A stretch of 64,000 bases of DNA. It comes from Alphaproteobacteria bacterium. GTDB taxonomy: Bacteria > Pseudomonadota > Alphaproteobacteria > GCA-2731375. Location: contig CBDDBZ010000034.1 in the NCBI GenBank assembly GCA_965225945.1, forward strand, positions 256,001 to 320,000, in the 5' to 3' direction. Below the pieces are notes generated by a model, which saw only the letters and a list, made by a program, of their open reading frames with translations, was not told the DNA's origin and searched no databases. Positions 62,781 to 64,000 of this stretch are shown here, piece by piece (the first letter of the stretch is position 1; each line of letters starts with the position of its first letter). Both the position numbers and the translations under genes were made by a program.

Positions 62781-63530
62781 ATGGCCGAACTCGGCGACAT
62801 TCAAAACGAAATCATCCGTGACGAGATCGAGGAGTTTCTGGAGCGCCCCGAGGAAATCGCGCGTTTCATCGACCTCTTCGCGGCCACTCGCCCCGAGATG
62901 CAGGAAATCGCGGTCGCCGTCATCGAGGGCGACCACCACGCCTCCGACAGCCTGACCACGGCCCAGCTCGCGGCCGGAACGGAAGCGCTGGAGATCATGG
63001 ACGACGGGCTGATCGCCGGCATGGGCATCGTCGGCATCAAGTTCCGCGAGAGCTTCATCTTCGTGCCGGAGGTGCTGGCCTGCGCCCGGGCGATGAAGGC
63101 CGGCATGGCGCATATCCGGCCGATCCTGTCTTCCTCCGGCATCGATCCGCTCGCCACCGTGATCATGGGCACGGTCAAGGGCGACCTGCACGACATCGGC
63201 AAGAACCTCTGCATCATGATGCTCCAGGGCTCCGGTTTCGAGGTGGTCGACCTCGGCGTCGATACCTCGGCGGACGAGTTCATCGACGCCATCGAGGAGC
63301 ATGGCGCGCCAATTCTGGGCATGTCGGCGCTGCTGACCACGACGATGCCGAATATGGGCCGGACCATCGAGGCGATCATCGACGCCGGGCTGCGCGACGA
63401 GGTGCAGATCATGGTCGGTGGCGCGCCGGTGACCCAGGAGTTCGCCGACGACATGGGCGCCGACGGCTATGGCAAGGACGCGCTCGACTGCGTCGCGCTG
63501 GCCAAATCGCTGATCGGCGCCGAGGGCTGA
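62781..63530 (+). CDS. Corrinoid (B12-binding) protein, MtaC-like
   Basis: FVPEVL, GTVKGDLHDIGKNL, SALLTTTM, VGGAPVT. Confidence 0.93.
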   Translation: MAELGDIQNEIIRDEIEEFLERPEEIARFIDLFAATRPEMQEIAVAVIEGDHHASDSLTTAQLAAGTEALEIMDDGLIAGMGIVGIKFRESFIFVPEVLACARAMKAGMAHIRPILSSSGIDPLATVIMGTVKGDLHDIGKNLCIMMLQGSGFEVVDLGVDTSADEFIDAIEEHGAPILGMSALLTTTMPNMGRTIEAIIDAGLRDEVQIMVGGAPVTQEFADDMGADGYGKDALDCVALAKSLIGAEG

Positions 63531-63539
63531 GCGCCGCCC

Positions 63540-63878
63540 ATGGCCAAGATCGATAAGGCGGACTACCAGCGGCGCATCGAGCGGATGAGCAAGATCTTCG
63601 CCGACATCGCGGGCCAAGCGAGCGAGCTCAGCCGCGAGCGCTGCCCCTACCGCGACCGCCACGACATCTGCACCGCCGAATTTCGCTGCCGCAACCAGCA
63701 GCCGGAGACGGCGGCCGGCATCGTTTGCGGCCACCAGGGCGGCTTCGACTACCGCGACGCCTGGGAGAGCGATCCGCTGGCCTGGGAGCGCGCCAAAAAG
63801 CGGATCGCCCGCAACAAGGAGCGCGCCGAGGCGCGTCGCCGGGCCCGTGCCGAACGCGGCGCCGACGACACCGATTGA
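63540..63878 (+). CDS. Small Cys-motif protein
   Basis: CPYRDRHDICTAEFRCRNQ..CGH; 9 nt after the corrinoid gene. Confidence 0.75.
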   Translation: MAKIDKADYQRRIERMSKIFADIAGQASELSRERCPYRDRHDICTAEFRCRNQQPETAAGIVCGHQGGFDYRDAWESDPLAWERAKKRIARNKERAEARRRARAERGADDTD

Positions 63879-63904
63879 TGCCAATGGGCCTAAGTCCCGA
63901 CCGC

Positions 63905-64000
63905 CCCGCTCCCCCGGCCCTCTTTGTCGATGGCCGCTCGTGCGGCCCGCCGGGGCCTCCCGCTCCCCCGCCCAACCACCCAGGAGCGGGAGGCCCCGGC
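63905..64000. repeat. Intergenic REP-like repeat with hairpin
   Basis: Shares blocks with 19773-19839 and 18712-18733; GCCGGGGCCTCCCGCTCC..GGAGCGGGAGGCCCCGGC stem. Confidence 0.75.

Overview
GC-rich bacterial window, probably alphaproteobacterial (inferred from gene content and IS types). Catabolic and accessory genes are interleaved with many mobile elements and decayed genes. Mobile elements with ends read from the sequence: (i) a four-gene IS21-type element (Cys-rich/basic ORF, istA, istB, DUF3991/Toprim primase-like ORF) in two near-identical inverted copies, 832-4966 with a 6-bp TSD and 49477-53614 nested in a second IS21; (ii) a tyrosine-recombinase + IS91-type HUH transposase element in two copies, both next to a similar ATGACCGGTT(T)GGG(A)TCAA site; (iii) IS110, IS256, a degenerate IS1595, an IS4 remnant, IS110 remnants and a RAYT remnant; (iv) a transposase-less cassette with perfect 43-bp TIRs carrying a leucine-rich-variant repeat gene. 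That cassette sits in one of two ~235-bp repeats, each preceding a single accessory gene (cassette-like array). Intact genes include hydantoinase A/B, two DHDPS-family lyases, DUF3604, ArsM, MlaC, crotonase, CoA-transferase, acyl-CoA dehydrogenase, MlrC, TenA and an MtaA/CmuA + corrinoid module. Over ten genes are broken by stops, frameshifts or deletion-fusions, and one patch looks like a consensus artefact, so some lesions may be assembly errors. No rRNA, tRNA or CRISPR seen. All family calls are from motif recognition, not database searches.
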